DNA of 64,000 nucleotides, from IMG/VR virus record IMGVR_UViG_3300044991_001407, positions 1 through 64,000 of that record; one strand, 5' to 3'. The stretch is from a virus. Position numbers and translations under genes: made by a program. Below are positions 40,626-49,542 of the stretch, piece after piece; position 1 is the first letter of the stretch; each line of letters begins with the position of its first letter. The notes beneath the pieces were generated by a model. That model was given only the letters and a program-made list of their open reading frames with translations. It was not told where the DNA came from and made no database searches.

Positions 40626-40960
40626 TCTCCGACTTCTTCGTTCCAAACCCAATGCCCTTCAGAGCCAGGTTTTGCTACAGGAGGTTGCCAATCATAATTA
40701 GAATCTAACGACCATGAATCATATGGTTTTGGTGTAATAAAAACATCAGCTTCTTGATTGTATGTATAACCTACTCCCGCATATTGTTTTCTAAAATTAT
40801 TATTATATGAAGTCTGAATCCATGTCCCGCCCAACAAGTTGTGACAAAATTCAGCACCTTTTGCTTCATTTTCAACACCGTCAATTAATAGTTCACTGTT
40901 GTTAACAACAACTCCTTGAACAACAATATTGTTTTCATCAATTCTTACAAAATGTGCCAT
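40613..40960 (-). CDS. Gly-rich adhesin partner protein (type B, copy 1)
   Basis: MAHFVRIDENNIV...QTSYNNNFRKQYAGVGYTY...WQPPVAKP. Confidence 0.65.
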   Translation of the reverse strand: MAHFVRIDENNIVVQGVVVNNSELLIDGVENEAKGAEFCHNLLGGTWIQTSYNNNFRKQYAGVGYTYNQEADVFITPKPYDSWSLDSNYDWQPPVAKPGSEGHWVWNEEVGEWQD

Positions 40961-41814
40961 TAGAAAGTTATACTCCCTGTTCCTGTGAATGTGTAGACAT
41001 GAAATCCACTTCTTGATACTGCGCTATAAGTTGGGGAACCAGTTGTTGCTAATGCAACTGGGAATGTACTTGGGTAAGCGATAATTACAACTCCAGAACC
41101 ACCATTACCGCCAGTTCCGTTATAGAAGCTATACGAGCCTCCACCTCCACCACCACCAGTATTAGTTCCACCATTACCTCCGCCAAATGGTCCACCAACA
41201 ACTCCGCCAGCACCGCCTCCACCGCCTCCACCTGCACCACCAGCGCCGTAAGAGCCAGTTCCAGAACCTCCACCGCCTCCTCCACGCTGTACAGATGTTC
41301 CTGTTATGGAAGAAGCACGACCTGCACCACCATTTCCGCTAGAGCCAGCAGCATTAGTTCCACCGCCTCCACCACCACGACCGCCAAGGTTTGGGTCTCC
41401 ACCAGCGGATCCTCCGTAACCCTCAACTGGAGTATAACCACCAGAGTTTCCTGCACCACCAGCGGTGTTTACACCACCACCTCCACCGCAACCACCAGAG
41501 CCATTAACTATTGCACCACCGCTTGCGGCAAATGTGTTAAACGATGATGCTTGACCTACTGTTCCACCAGCGTTTGTTTGACCACTACCACCATTACCAA
41601 CAGTTACGGTATATTGAACACCAGGTGTTACTGCCAATGCAGCATTTTCACGCTGTCCACCTGCACCACCTGAGCCAGCAAGAAATGGTGATCCATGACC
41701 AGCACCACCACCTGCTTGAACAAGCACTTGAATAGTAGGTGTTACAGATCTTGACAGAACACGCTGACCGAAATTTTTAACACTTCCACCACCAAATTTA
41801 GAATAAAATGGCAT
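40960..41814 (-). CDS. glycine-rich adhesin/fibre tip (type A)
   Basis: VLVQAGGG...GGAGG...NTGGGGGG...GGSGVVIIAY...YTFTGTGSITF. Confidence 0.7.
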   Translation of the reverse strand: MPFYSKFGGGSVKNFGQRVLSRSVTPTIQVLVQAGGGAGHGSPFLAGSGGAGGQRENAALAVTPGVQYTVTVGNGGSGQTNAGGTVGQASSFNTFAASGGAIVNGSGGCGGGGGVNTAGGAGNSGGYTPVEGYGGSAGGDPNLGGRGGGGGGTNAAGSSGNGGAGRASSITGTSVQRGGGGGGSGTGSYGAGGAGGGGGGGAGGVVGGPFGGGNGGTNTGGGGGGGSYSFYNGTGGNGGSGVVIIAYPSTFPVALATTGSPTYSAVSRSGFHVYTFTGTGSITF

Positions 41815-41822
41815 ATTAACTC

Positions 41823-42773
41823 CTAAGCGAATTTAGTTTGACTAGCAAGTACGGTGTATGTATTCGCTGCTGTTTTAAGAATACTTAATGCATAGCTATC
41901 AATTGAAGATGCATTTCCACCTGTCGGTGCTGTTCCGCCCTGCCATTTTGGAGTAATTGTTGTCCCATCTACTTGAACAACATTGGCAAAATATGCCGTA
42001 GTGCCTTGCTGAGCCATAAACACGACTGTAGCAACATCACCGACAGCAATGCTGCTATTCATTGTTACCGTTGAATTACCACGCACATTTAATGTCCAGT
42101 TTGCAGATGCGTTTGTTGTATAAAAAACAGAAGGGTTTGATAAATAATTAATTGTAACCGTTCCAGTCGCAGCTGTTGCAGAAACAAGCATTGGTTCACT
42201 AACACTAGTTACAGAAAGTTTTGTTGAAACATTTGCATTTGCAGATGTAATACTTGTAAGACCATCAATCGTAGTGTTGCTTGAACCCAACGAGATTGCT
42301 GTTGAACCAATTGTTACTGATGCGTTAGCAAGTTTGCTATTTGTAATAGTAGTGTTTGCAATATCTGCATCAACGATTACCCCAGAGCTAATTGCTGTTA
42401 CTCCGCTATCAGAGATAACAACATCACCCGTTTCTGCAACTGAAGTTGGTACGCCTGATGAGTTGTACACAATAATATTTCCAGCCGTACTAGTTGCTAA
42501 TTTTGATAGCGCAATAGCAGCAGATGAACTGATATCTGAGTTTACAACAGAGTTGCTTAATGAAAGCTTTCCATATGTAATCGCTGCTGAAGCATTCACA
42601 TCGGCATTAACAATTGTTCCATCAACAATTGATGCACTCGTAACAGAGTTAGATGGAATAACATTTTGTGTTAATGTAATCAAATTCCAGCTTGTACCGT
42701 TATACAACCAGGTTTTTCCACCTGATGTAAAGGTGTCGTTGTTTGCGGGGGAGTCTGGAAAGTTAATTGCCAT
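41823..42773 (-). CDS. fibre stem protein (type C, MAINFPDSP N-terminus)
   Basis: Shared N-terminus with 45176..45640; IVDGTIVNADV repeats; C-terminal beta domain. Confidence 0.65.
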   Translation of the reverse strand: MAINFPDSPANNDTFTSGGKTWLYNGTSWNLITLTQNVIPSNSVTSASIVDGTIVNADVNASAAITYGKLSLSNSVVNSDISSSAAIALSKLATSTAGNIIVYNSSGVPTSVAETGDVVISDSGVTAISSGVIVDADIANTTITNSKLANASVTIGSTAISLGSSNTTIDGLTSITSANANVSTKLSVTSVSEPMLVSATAATGTVTINYLSNPSVFYTTNASANWTLNVRGNSTVTMNSSIAVGDVATVVFMAQQGTTAYFANVVQVDGTTITPKWQGGTAPTGGNASSIDSYALSILKTAANTYTVLASQTKFA

Positions 42774-42840
42774 GTTTTCTATTATATCCTAAATAGATAT
42801 ATTAAACAATACATAGAATTACCCCTCAAGCCAAAAAGAA

Positions 42841-43557
42841 CTATTTATATTCTTTTTTATGCCAGAAGTTGTCCCGATAACCGCCATAGAATTTCCTTTG
42901 AACAGCATGTTTTTGTTTTGTTACTTCTTCTTCATCATACAAAGACACTTCCGTATCCCATGATTCCCTTTTGATTGGAATTATCTGAAACATGGGGGTT
43001 CCAGCTGGAATCACTCCTTCAAAATCACTGTGGATTAAAAATGGAAGATTATTTGGGAACGGGTACATTCCGTAGCTATCAAGATCCACTATTCCAGTCG
43101 TTGTTTCAAATGGGAGATCGTTTCTATTTAATGGATGTGTTATTAATGCAGAGTACCCTTTAGGTAGTTTTGGGGACCAAGGCATTCTCCATGTAAATTC
43201 TTGATTTACAAATCCACTTGGTATTTCCATCACACTGTCTGGATGATTGGTCCTCATTGCCATAATTTCTGGCTCACACGAGTAGTGCCATTCAAGCTCT
43301 CCATTTTCAGTAGATATATATATGTCTGTCCAAGTTTCTTGTATATAACCCGTCATGAATGTGTCGCTAAATGGCATACATAATTTCACAGTTTTATTAG
43401 ACATCTCACCATTATTAAATTTTTTTTTCCCGTCAAGAAAAAGAGGCATTTTTTTATAGCGTTCTGGAATATAGTCACGAGCTGGTTTTGGATAAGGTAC
43501 TCTTATTCCAATTTCTTTTGTCATTGGGGTAAATTTTATTGTTGGCATACAGCGCAC
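42841..43557 (-). CDS. hypothetical enzyme-like protein (dUTPase-like fold suspected)
   Basis: TVKLCMPF...PKGYSALITHPLNR...GIVDLD...IPAGTPMFQIIP; soluble, non-fibrous composition. Confidence 0.5.
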   Translation of the reverse strand: MRCMPTIKFTPMTKEIGIRVPYPKPARDYIPERYKKMPLFLDGKKKFNNGEMSNKTVKLCMPFSDTFMTGYIQETWTDIYISTENGELEWHYSCEPEIMAMRTNHPDSVMEIPSGFVNQEFTWRMPWSPKLPKGYSALITHPLNRNDLPFETTTGIVDLDSYGMYPFPNNLPFLIHSDFEGVIPAGTPMFQIIPIKRESWDTEVSLYDEEEVTKQKHAVQRKFYGGYRDNFWHKKEYK

Positions 43558-43560
43558 TCC

Positions 43561-43899
43561 TTAGTTGGTTATTTGCTCCCAACTAAGTATATCTTCATTC
43601 CAGTCAAAAAACCCTTCAGGTTTTGGTACAGGTGGTTGCCAATCATGGTTGCTATCTAAAGTCCAGGATGGGAATGGCTGTGGTTGTATAAAAACATCCG
43701 CTATAGGATCATATGTGTAGCCAATGCCAGCAAATTGTTTTCGGATATTGTGATTATAGCTTGTTCTTACACAAGTTTGATTACGGAAATTACTATACCA
43801 TTCTTCTGGGGTTACCCCATCAAGTATTTCGTGCTCATCCTTGCCAGTAATTACTTCCGTTACAATGTTATTATCGTCAAGAAATGCATAGTGTGCCAT
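43561..43899 (-). CDS. Gly-rich adhesin partner protein (type B, copy 2)
   Basis: MAHYAFLDDNNIV...RTSYNHNIRKQFAGIGYTY...WQPPVPKP. Confidence 0.65.
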   Translation of the reverse strand: MAHYAFLDDNNIVTEVITGKDEHEILDGVTPEEWYSNFRNQTCVRTSYNHNIRKQFAGIGYTYDPIADVFIQPQPFPSWTLDSNHDWQPPVPKPEGFFDWNEDILSWEQITN

Positions 43900-44819
43900 T
43901 ACCAACTCACCGTTCCCGTACCAAGTGTAAACTCATACACCTTGTTTGCCCCAACTATTGTCTTGGTATAAGTAAGACCAGCGCTAATTGTCGTTATATC
44001 TGCGTATTGCGTACCGTATCTAATATATACAACGCCAGATCCACCAAGACCACCCTGATGTCCACCACCACCACGGTTAGCAGTGCTTCCAGAGCCAGCG
44101 CCAGCTCCACCACTTGATGGTACATAACCTCCGTCAACATAAATGGCTTTACCACCTCCACCACCTGCACGAGTTATAGATGTTCCTGTTACACTGGATG
44201 CAATTCCGCTTCCTCCATTTGGAGTTGAACCTGATGCACCACTTCCTCCACCACCTGCAGCACCACCACCGCCTCCACCATTAGCCCATTGGTAAGCCGC
44301 TACACCTCCAACTCCACCACTATTTCCCTGTCCAGTTGTTCCAGAACCACCACTATACCCACCAACAAAACCAGACGAACCACCACCAGCGCCAGAACCA
44401 CCAGACTGCCCAGCTGCTGCCTCACCGTTTGTTCCACCACCACCATTTGATGTAATACTCCCAAAAACAGAATTAACACCATTTGTGTTGTACGCACCAG
44501 CAGCACCAACTGTAACTGTGTACGATGTTCCAGAAGTAATGCTTAGCGGAGTTAGAGCACTCCCGTTTTGACCTGTTAATTCGCCAGAAATTGAAGAGCG
44601 ATAACCACCTCCGCCACCTCCGCCTGAAATATTCCAGTATCCAGCGTTTGTTCCGCTACCGCCGCCTGCAACAACAAGGAATTCAACAGAGGGAGGAGGT
44701 ATTGAGCCCCAATTACTTGCCCCTCTTTCTATCTGAACAGTGCGGTTATCCCATATACCAGAAGCGGAGCTAGGACTTACTGCTTGTTTAGCACCAAGAA
44801 TACTTCCGTTGGGTCGCAC
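43899..44819 (-). CDS. glycine-rich adhesin/fibre tip (type A)
   Basis: VEFLVVAGGG...GGSGVVYIRY...YEFTLGTGTVSW. Confidence 0.7.
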   Translation of the reverse strand: MRPNGSILGAKQAVSPSSASGIWDNRTVQIERGASNWGSIPPPSVEFLVVAGGGSGTNAGYWNISGGGGGGGYRSSISGELTGQNGSALTPLSITSGTSYTVTVGAAGAYNTNGVNSVFGSITSNGGGGTNGEAAAGQSGGSGAGGGSSGFVGGYSGGSGTTGQGNSGGVGGVAAYQWANGGGGGGAAGGGGSGASGSTPNGGSGIASSVTGTSITRAGGGGGKAIYVDGGYVPSSGGAGAGSGSTANRGGGGHQGGLGGSGVVYIRYGTQYADITTISAGLTYTKTIVGANKVYEFTLGTGTVSW

Positions 44820-45172
44820 TAACTAATTTCCTCATAACTGCACACAGCCTCAAGATCGGAGTTCGCTGATGCTGTTAAACGCAAAGTATCACCTTCTTCT
44901 AAATAAATTGATTTACTAATAACATCAAGAGTAGCATCTGATGGGACAGCTACGGTCTTAGCGATATGATAGGCGGTAGATGATCTAAATATGTCAACAT
45001 TGATATCAGCAGCACTTGTACCGTCAATATTGGATATATAAAGAGCGTTAACCTTAAGTACCTTTCCGCTTCCTCCGCTATTTGTAACGATTGCTGTTGC
45101 AGATGTTGTAACCGCAAGCACCGCTGTCTTTCCTGTAATTGTTGTTACACCTACAATATTTGGTGCTGCCAT
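44819..45172 (-). CDS. beta-sandwich adaptor-like protein (type D)
   Basis: Pattern shared with 49204 and 50879. Confidence 0.55.
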   Translation of the reverse strand: MAAPNIVGVTTITGKTAVLAVTTSATAIVTNSGGSGKVLKVNALYISNIDGTSAADINVDIFRSSTAYHIAKTVAVPSDATLDVISKSIYLEEGDTLRLTASANSDLEAVCSYEEIS

Positions 45173-45175
45173 AAT

Positions 45176-45640
45176 CTATCCTCCAAAAACAATTGACATT
45201 GCAATTGCCTTACCTGTTGATGCAGGTGTAAAACCTAAGTTTGTTACAGCAACATTGGCTGCCAATTGTGTATTCGTAATCGTTGCATTTGCGATCTGTG
45301 TAGCTGTGATTGTCGCATTTGCAATGTGCGCACTTGTGATAGTTGTATTTGCAATATGCGCACTTGTAATAGTTGCGTTTGCAATTTTTGCGGATGTAAC
45401 CGCAGCATTTGCGATCTGTGTATCTGTAATGGTAGTGTTTGCAATTTGTGTAGCGGTGATTGTAGCGTTTGCAATTTTTGCGGATGTAATTGTTGTATTT
45501 GCAATCAAATCATTGGTGATTGAACCATTTGACATCGCTTGCACAAAAGCTTGCCAGGTATCACCTGTCCATGTCCAGCTTCTTCCGCCAGATGTAAAGA
45601 TATCATTTGTTGATGGGGAATCTGGGAAGTTAATTGCCAT
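45176..45640 (-). CDS. fibre stem protein (type C) with 10-aa repeats
   Basis: MAINFPDSP; (IAN[AT]TIT[SAD]xx) about 8 copies; ends STGKAIAMSIVFGG. Confidence 0.65.
   Translation of the reverse strand: MAINFPDSPSTNDIFTSGGRSWTWTGDTWQAFVQAMSNGSITNDLIANTTITSAKIANATITATQIANTTITDTQIANAAVTSAKIANATITSAHIANTTITSAHIANATITATQIANATITNTQLAANVAVTNLGFTPASTGKAIAMSIVFGG
45255..45505. repeat. 30-bp degenerate coding tandem repeat (~8 copies)
   Basis: TTTGC(A/G)AT recurs every 30 nt. Confidence 0.8.
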
Positions 45641-45840
45641 TAAATACCTCCTAACAATAGTTGTGCTTCTTCTTCTGTAATACCCAATTTTTCTAACAAA
45701 GCCTGTCTTGCGATTGTTTTAGCAGCGAGAGCAGCGGCTTGCGCTTCGGCTTCGGCTTTGTCGGCTTCAATTTGTGCAGGGTCGTATTCTTCAATGAAAA
45801 CTGGGCAGGCACTTCCGTTTGGTGTTATTTCATTTGTCAT
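45640..45840 (-). CDS. small fibre-associated helical protein
   Basis: ARQALLEKLGITEEEAQLLL; coupled to 45837. Confidence 0.55.
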   Translation of the reverse strand: MTNEITPNGSACPVFIEEYDPAQIEADKAEAEAQAAALAAKTIARQALLEKLGITEEEAQLLLGGI

Positions 45841-46526
45841 TTGGTGTACCCATAAATGCTTACTGTTCCTGTTTGTGCTTGGTCGTTTAAAAGTGTTATT
45901 CCGTCAAAACTTGTGCTGTCAATTTGTGCGTGACCGTAACTAATTATTCCGTAATTCGCTCCAGCGTTTTGTTCACGACCAATACCAATAAATCCTGTAC
46001 TCGTTGCGATAAATGGTGAAATAATATCTGCCACGACATTACGGGTTGTCGTGCTAGAAATTGATAAACCAAAACTTGTTGTTGTTGTTGATCCACCTCC
46101 AGGAGTACCTGTGTTTGTGTATAAGCTGACAAAAGTATAGTTTGTTGCGGTGTCCGTAGTTGCAATACGAAGTCTTGCTGAAACTGAAGCCGCACTTGCA
46201 TAAGTTGCCCTATACACAATTCGGTAATTATCGTATGCAGAACTAAAAACACCGTTCAGACTTAGTGAAGTTGTAGCGGAAGTAAAAGTTACCTGCCCGT
46301 TAGTTCCAACTGTTGCAGTACCACCACCAACCGAAACTGATGTAGGTATAATTGGAACAAGACCACCGTTCTGTGTGATCCAAGCAGATCCATTATAGGC
46401 TACCAAACGAGCTGTGTCAGTCTCATAAATAAGTTGACCAACAAACGGAGAAGAAGGGCGAGTAGAACTCGTTACCACTCCTGGCTTAATTACCGATGAA
46501 GCTCCGATAACCGAAGAGAATGCCAT
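45837..46526 (-). CDS. fibre/receptor-binding protein
   Basis: TRPSSPFVGQLIYETDT anchor; GVFSSAYDNYRI...FDGITL..GTVSIYGY tip domain. Confidence 0.65.
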   Translation of the reverse strand: MAFSSVIGASSVIKPGVVTSSTRPSSPFVGQLIYETDTARLVAYNGSAWITQNGGLVPIIPTSVSVGGGTATVGTNGQVTFTSATTSLSLNGVFSSAYDNYRIVYRATYASAASVSARLRIATTDTATNYTFVSLYTNTGTPGGGSTTTTSFGLSISSTTTRNVVADIISPFIATSTGFIGIGREQNAGANYGIISYGHAQIDSTSFDGITLLNDQAQTGTVSIYGYTK

Positions 46527-46762
46527 TATTCACCTTCTGGCATTACTGTTGGCTCTGGTGTAGGAGGAGCAGTAAAGTCCTGTGTTTCTGAGTCATAGGT
46601 GAATCCCTGACCCGCATATGTTTTACCTTCTGTATCAAAAAAGGTTTCAACCCAACGACCAGGATATCTGTCGGGGTTTGATTCTAAAAAATCACGCATA
46701 ACAACAGCTACATGTGTAACCACATTGTTATCGTCTAATTGTGCAAAATATTGTGCGCTCAT
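46526..46762 (-). CDS. Gly-rich adhesin partner protein (type B, copy 3, shortened)
   Basis: YFAQLDDNNVVTHVAVV...YAGQGFTYD. Confidence 0.6.
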   Translation of the reverse strand: MSAQYFAQLDDNNVVTHVAVVMRDFLESNPDRYPGRWVETFFDTEGKTYAGQGFTYDSETQDFTAPPTPEPTVMPEGE

Positions 46763-46781
46763 ATATCTCCTATTCTACCAC

Positions 46782-48383
46782 TTATGCTGTTCTAAATCTA
46801 ACATAGACAATACCAGATCCGCCAGCACCCGCTGCTGCACCAGAACCACCACCACCACCACCGTTTCCAGTGTTAGCAGCACCAGCCGAGCCAGCAGTTG
46901 ACGCTGTACCGCCATTACCGCCAACACCAATAGTGGAACTACTACCACCAATGAATAGCGACCTATCGTAACCTGCACCACCCGTGGCACCAACAGCGTT
47001 AGCCGTAACGCCAGCACCAGCACCTCCATCACCACTACTCACGCCAGCAGAGCCATTGAAACCAAATCCTGTTACACCTGTTCCGCCTGGTTGAGATCCC
47101 CATAGACCACCACCACCACCACCACCATTTACACCTGGTGCGCCAAGACCGCTGGTTGCGGCTATATCCCCACCTCTAGTACCGCCTGTAGCATAAACCA
47201 ACGGAACAATTCCCCCAACAGAACCACCTGTATTCACAGCTCCACCTGCCCCGACATCAACATTGTAAGTAGCAGCACTAGCAAACACAGTTGTAAGAAT
47301 TCTTCCACCAGCAGAACCACCGCCACCACGATAACCTCCGCCAGCACCATCAGCGCCACCGCCTCCGCCACCGACAATTAACACATCAAACAAACCTGGG
47401 GTTGTAACCGTTAATGTTCCATCCGATGTAAATGTAAGAAGGTTATAAGTTACACCATCAACCGTAATTGATGTTGGAGAACTTGCTCCTGTTGCAACTC
47501 CATAACCTTGGGTTGTTGCTAATGCATCACCTTCAATTCTTCTACGGATATAAACGATTCCTGAACCGCCCGCACCGCCCGCATATGTGTATGTGCCACC
47601 ACCACCACCTGAGCCAGTGCTTGCTAAGCCGCTACCACCAACAGCGGTATCATTAGAACCAGCACCACCTACTCCAGAGCCACCTGCGCCAGCAGTACCG
47701 CCAGACTCACCACGACCTCCGCCTCCACCGCCAGCAAGGAATTGTGCAGAGCCGAGGAACCCGCTTGCATCATAACCAGTTCCGCCTGCACCAGATGCGG
47801 TGCCGCTTGCGTTAGAGCCAACGCTCCCCCATCCACCACCACCACCTGATGGGTAAACACCTGTGCCCAAGCCATTCCCGCCAGTTTTTCCTTGCGTCAA
47901 AGCAAGCGCAGCACCGCCAGTTGTTACGGCGTTAGTTCCGTTTCCACCACCTCCAGAACCGCCTGGTGCACCATTGTTGGGTCCATTACTGTCGGTTCCA
48001 CCACCACCACCACCAATGGCGACAATATTGTTAAAGCGTGAAGGTAAACCATCTCCACCCCGATTTCCTGCTCCAGTCGTTGTTGCTGCCGCACCACCTG
48101 CGCCAATAACTACAGAATATGTTCCAGGTGAAAGATATTTTTGAACAGGGGCAACAAGCCCGCCTGCTCCGCCTCCACCACCACGACCTCTTCCTCCACC
48201 AGCACCACCGCCGACAACCAAAACATCAAACCAACCACCTGTAGAAACAACAAAGTTTCCATCGGAAGTAAAGGTATGTAACTTATATGAAACACCTGAT
48301 ACGGTAATGTCTGTAGCTGTACCACCCGACCCAATTCCATATTGTGTTGCTATTCTTTTTTGACGGGCACTTGAAACACTCAT
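46782..48383 (-). CDS. tandem double glycine-rich adhesin (type A x2)
   Basis: Two copies of xFTSDGxxxVxxxGxFDVLxVGGG...GGSGIVY[IV]R. Confidence 0.7.
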   Translation of the reverse strand: MSVSSARQKRIATQYGIGSGGTATDITVSGVSYKLHTFTSDGNFVVSTGGWFDVLVVGGGAGGGRGRGGGGGAGGLVAPVQKYLSPGTYSVVIGAGGAAATTTGAGNRGGDGLPSRFNNIVAIGGGGGGTDSNGPNNGAPGGSGGGGNGTNAVTTGGAALALTQGKTGGNGLGTGVYPSGGGGGWGSVGSNASGTASGAGGTGYDASGFLGSAQFLAGGGGGGRGESGGTAGAGGSGVGGAGSNDTAVGGSGLASTGSGGGGGTYTYAGGAGGSGIVYIRRRIEGDALATTQGYGVATGASSPTSITVDGVTYNLLTFTSDGTLTVTTPGLFDVLIVGGGGGGADGAGGGYRGGGGSAGGRILTTVFASAATYNVDVGAGGAVNTGGSVGGIVPLVYATGGTRGGDIAATSGLGAPGVNGGGGGGGLWGSQPGGTGVTGFGFNGSAGVSSGDGGAGAGVTANAVGATGGAGYDRSLFIGGSSSTIGVGGNGGTASTAGSAGAANTGNGGGGGGSGAAAGAGGSGIVYVRFRTA

Positions 48384-49201
48384 ACTTTAAACCTAACATA
48401 AATAATACCACTACCGCCTGAGCCTGACGATGAACCGCCTCCACCACCACCTGAACCTGTGTTTGCGGCAGCCGAACCACCAGCACCACCGCCTGTAGCA
48501 CCAGCACCGCCGATACCGCTACCACCTGCACCACCCGTAGTGCTAGAACCACCACCGCCTGCTGCCTTAAACAAACTACTGCCACCTATAAAAGTATTTA
48601 CTTCTACACCAGCACCGCCAGCACCGCCATTTCCAGCACTACCTGTGCCACCAACTGCGCCTGCACCGCCTCCTCCACCGCCTGGAAATGGACTAGTAAA
48701 ACCAGGACCACCGTTATTACCACCAAAACCCATAGCAAAACCAATATTTGATGCGTAACTACCGCCACCGCTTCCACCCGAACCACCCCTGGACAAACTG
48801 TAAGCCAAATTACCGTTTCCACCACCTGCAGCGGTCACACCATTAGTCGCTGTTCCGATTTGTGAACTGAAACCAGCAAGCCCTCCAGCACCACCAGCGC
48901 CAACATCAACAGCTAAAGAACCAGCCTGAAAATAAGCAGTGCTAATAACATATTGACCAGCACCACCACCACCGCCCTGTCCACCATCATAATTAACACC
49001 ACCACCGCCTCCACCACCGACTAACAAAATATCAAACAAACCTGCTGTTGTAACAGTCAAAGTGCTGTCGCTCGTAAATGTCAAATAGTTGTATGCAACA
49101 CCATTAACAGTTGTTGAAACAGGAGAGCCTATTCCACCTGATGCAGTTCCATAGCCAACCTTACCAAGATTGGAATAACCATAGGCTGTTGACAAGCCCA
49201 T
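48380..49201 (-). CDS. glycine-rich adhesin (type A)
   Basis: LTFTSDSTLTVTTAGLFDILLVGGG...GGSGIIYVRF. Confidence 0.7.
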   Translation of the reverse strand: MGLSTAYGYSNLGKVGYGTASGGIGSPVSTTVNGVAYNYLTFTSDSTLTVTTAGLFDILLVGGGGGGGVNYDGGQGGGGGAGQYVISTAYFQAGSLAVDVGAGGAGGLAGFSSQIGTATNGVTAAGGGNGNLAYSLSRGGSGGSGGGSYASNIGFAMGFGGNNGGPGFTSPFPGGGGGGAGAVGGTGSAGNGGAGGAGVEVNTFIGGSSLFKAAGGGGSSTTGGAGGSGIGGAGATGGGAGGSAAANTGSGGGGGGSSSGSGGSGIIYVRFKV

Positions 49202-49203
49202 AA

Positions 49204-49539
49204 TTAATTCGTCTTTTCCCAGCCAACCACCGTGACATTAACCTTGGCGGCAGTGTCTGATAAACCCTGGAGGGTTTCTGTGGTTAGGAGAACAAGAGCT
49301 GTATCCCAAACCATAACATCGTTTGCACCAATTGGTATAGCCGATAAAATTCTGTTAGAAGCTACAGCAGCATTACCGATAGCCAAAGTGACAGTGCGAT
49401 CAGCAGTATCAGTGTTTGTGATAATAATTTGCTTAATCACCTCCGTGATGCCTGTACCAGCAGTACAAATTGTTGTTGTTGAAGTTCCCAATTGAACTGG
49501 TCCACCCAGCCTAGATTCTACTCTATCTCCTGATGCCAT
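49204..49539 (-). CDS. beta-sandwich adaptor-like protein (type D)
   Basis: IKQIIITNTD...NVTVVGWE; paralogue of 50879. Confidence 0.55.
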   Translation of the reverse strand: MASGDRVESRLGGPVQLGTSTTTICTAGTGITEVIKQIIITNTDTADRTVTLAIGNAAVASNRILSAIPIGANDVMVWDTALVLLTTETLQGLSDTAAKVNVTVVGWEKTN

Positions 49540-49542
49540 ACT

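Noticed and set aside
45255-45505. 30-bp periodic repeat as a possible CRISPR or mini-array
   Set aside because: No unique spacers; the repeats are in-frame codons for IANxTITxxx with wobble variation
46782-49201. Gly-rich genes as PE-PGRS, collagen or DGR targets
   Set aside because: No PE domain, no Gly-X-Y periodicity, no reverse transcriptase, and no adenine-specific TR/VR pair seen
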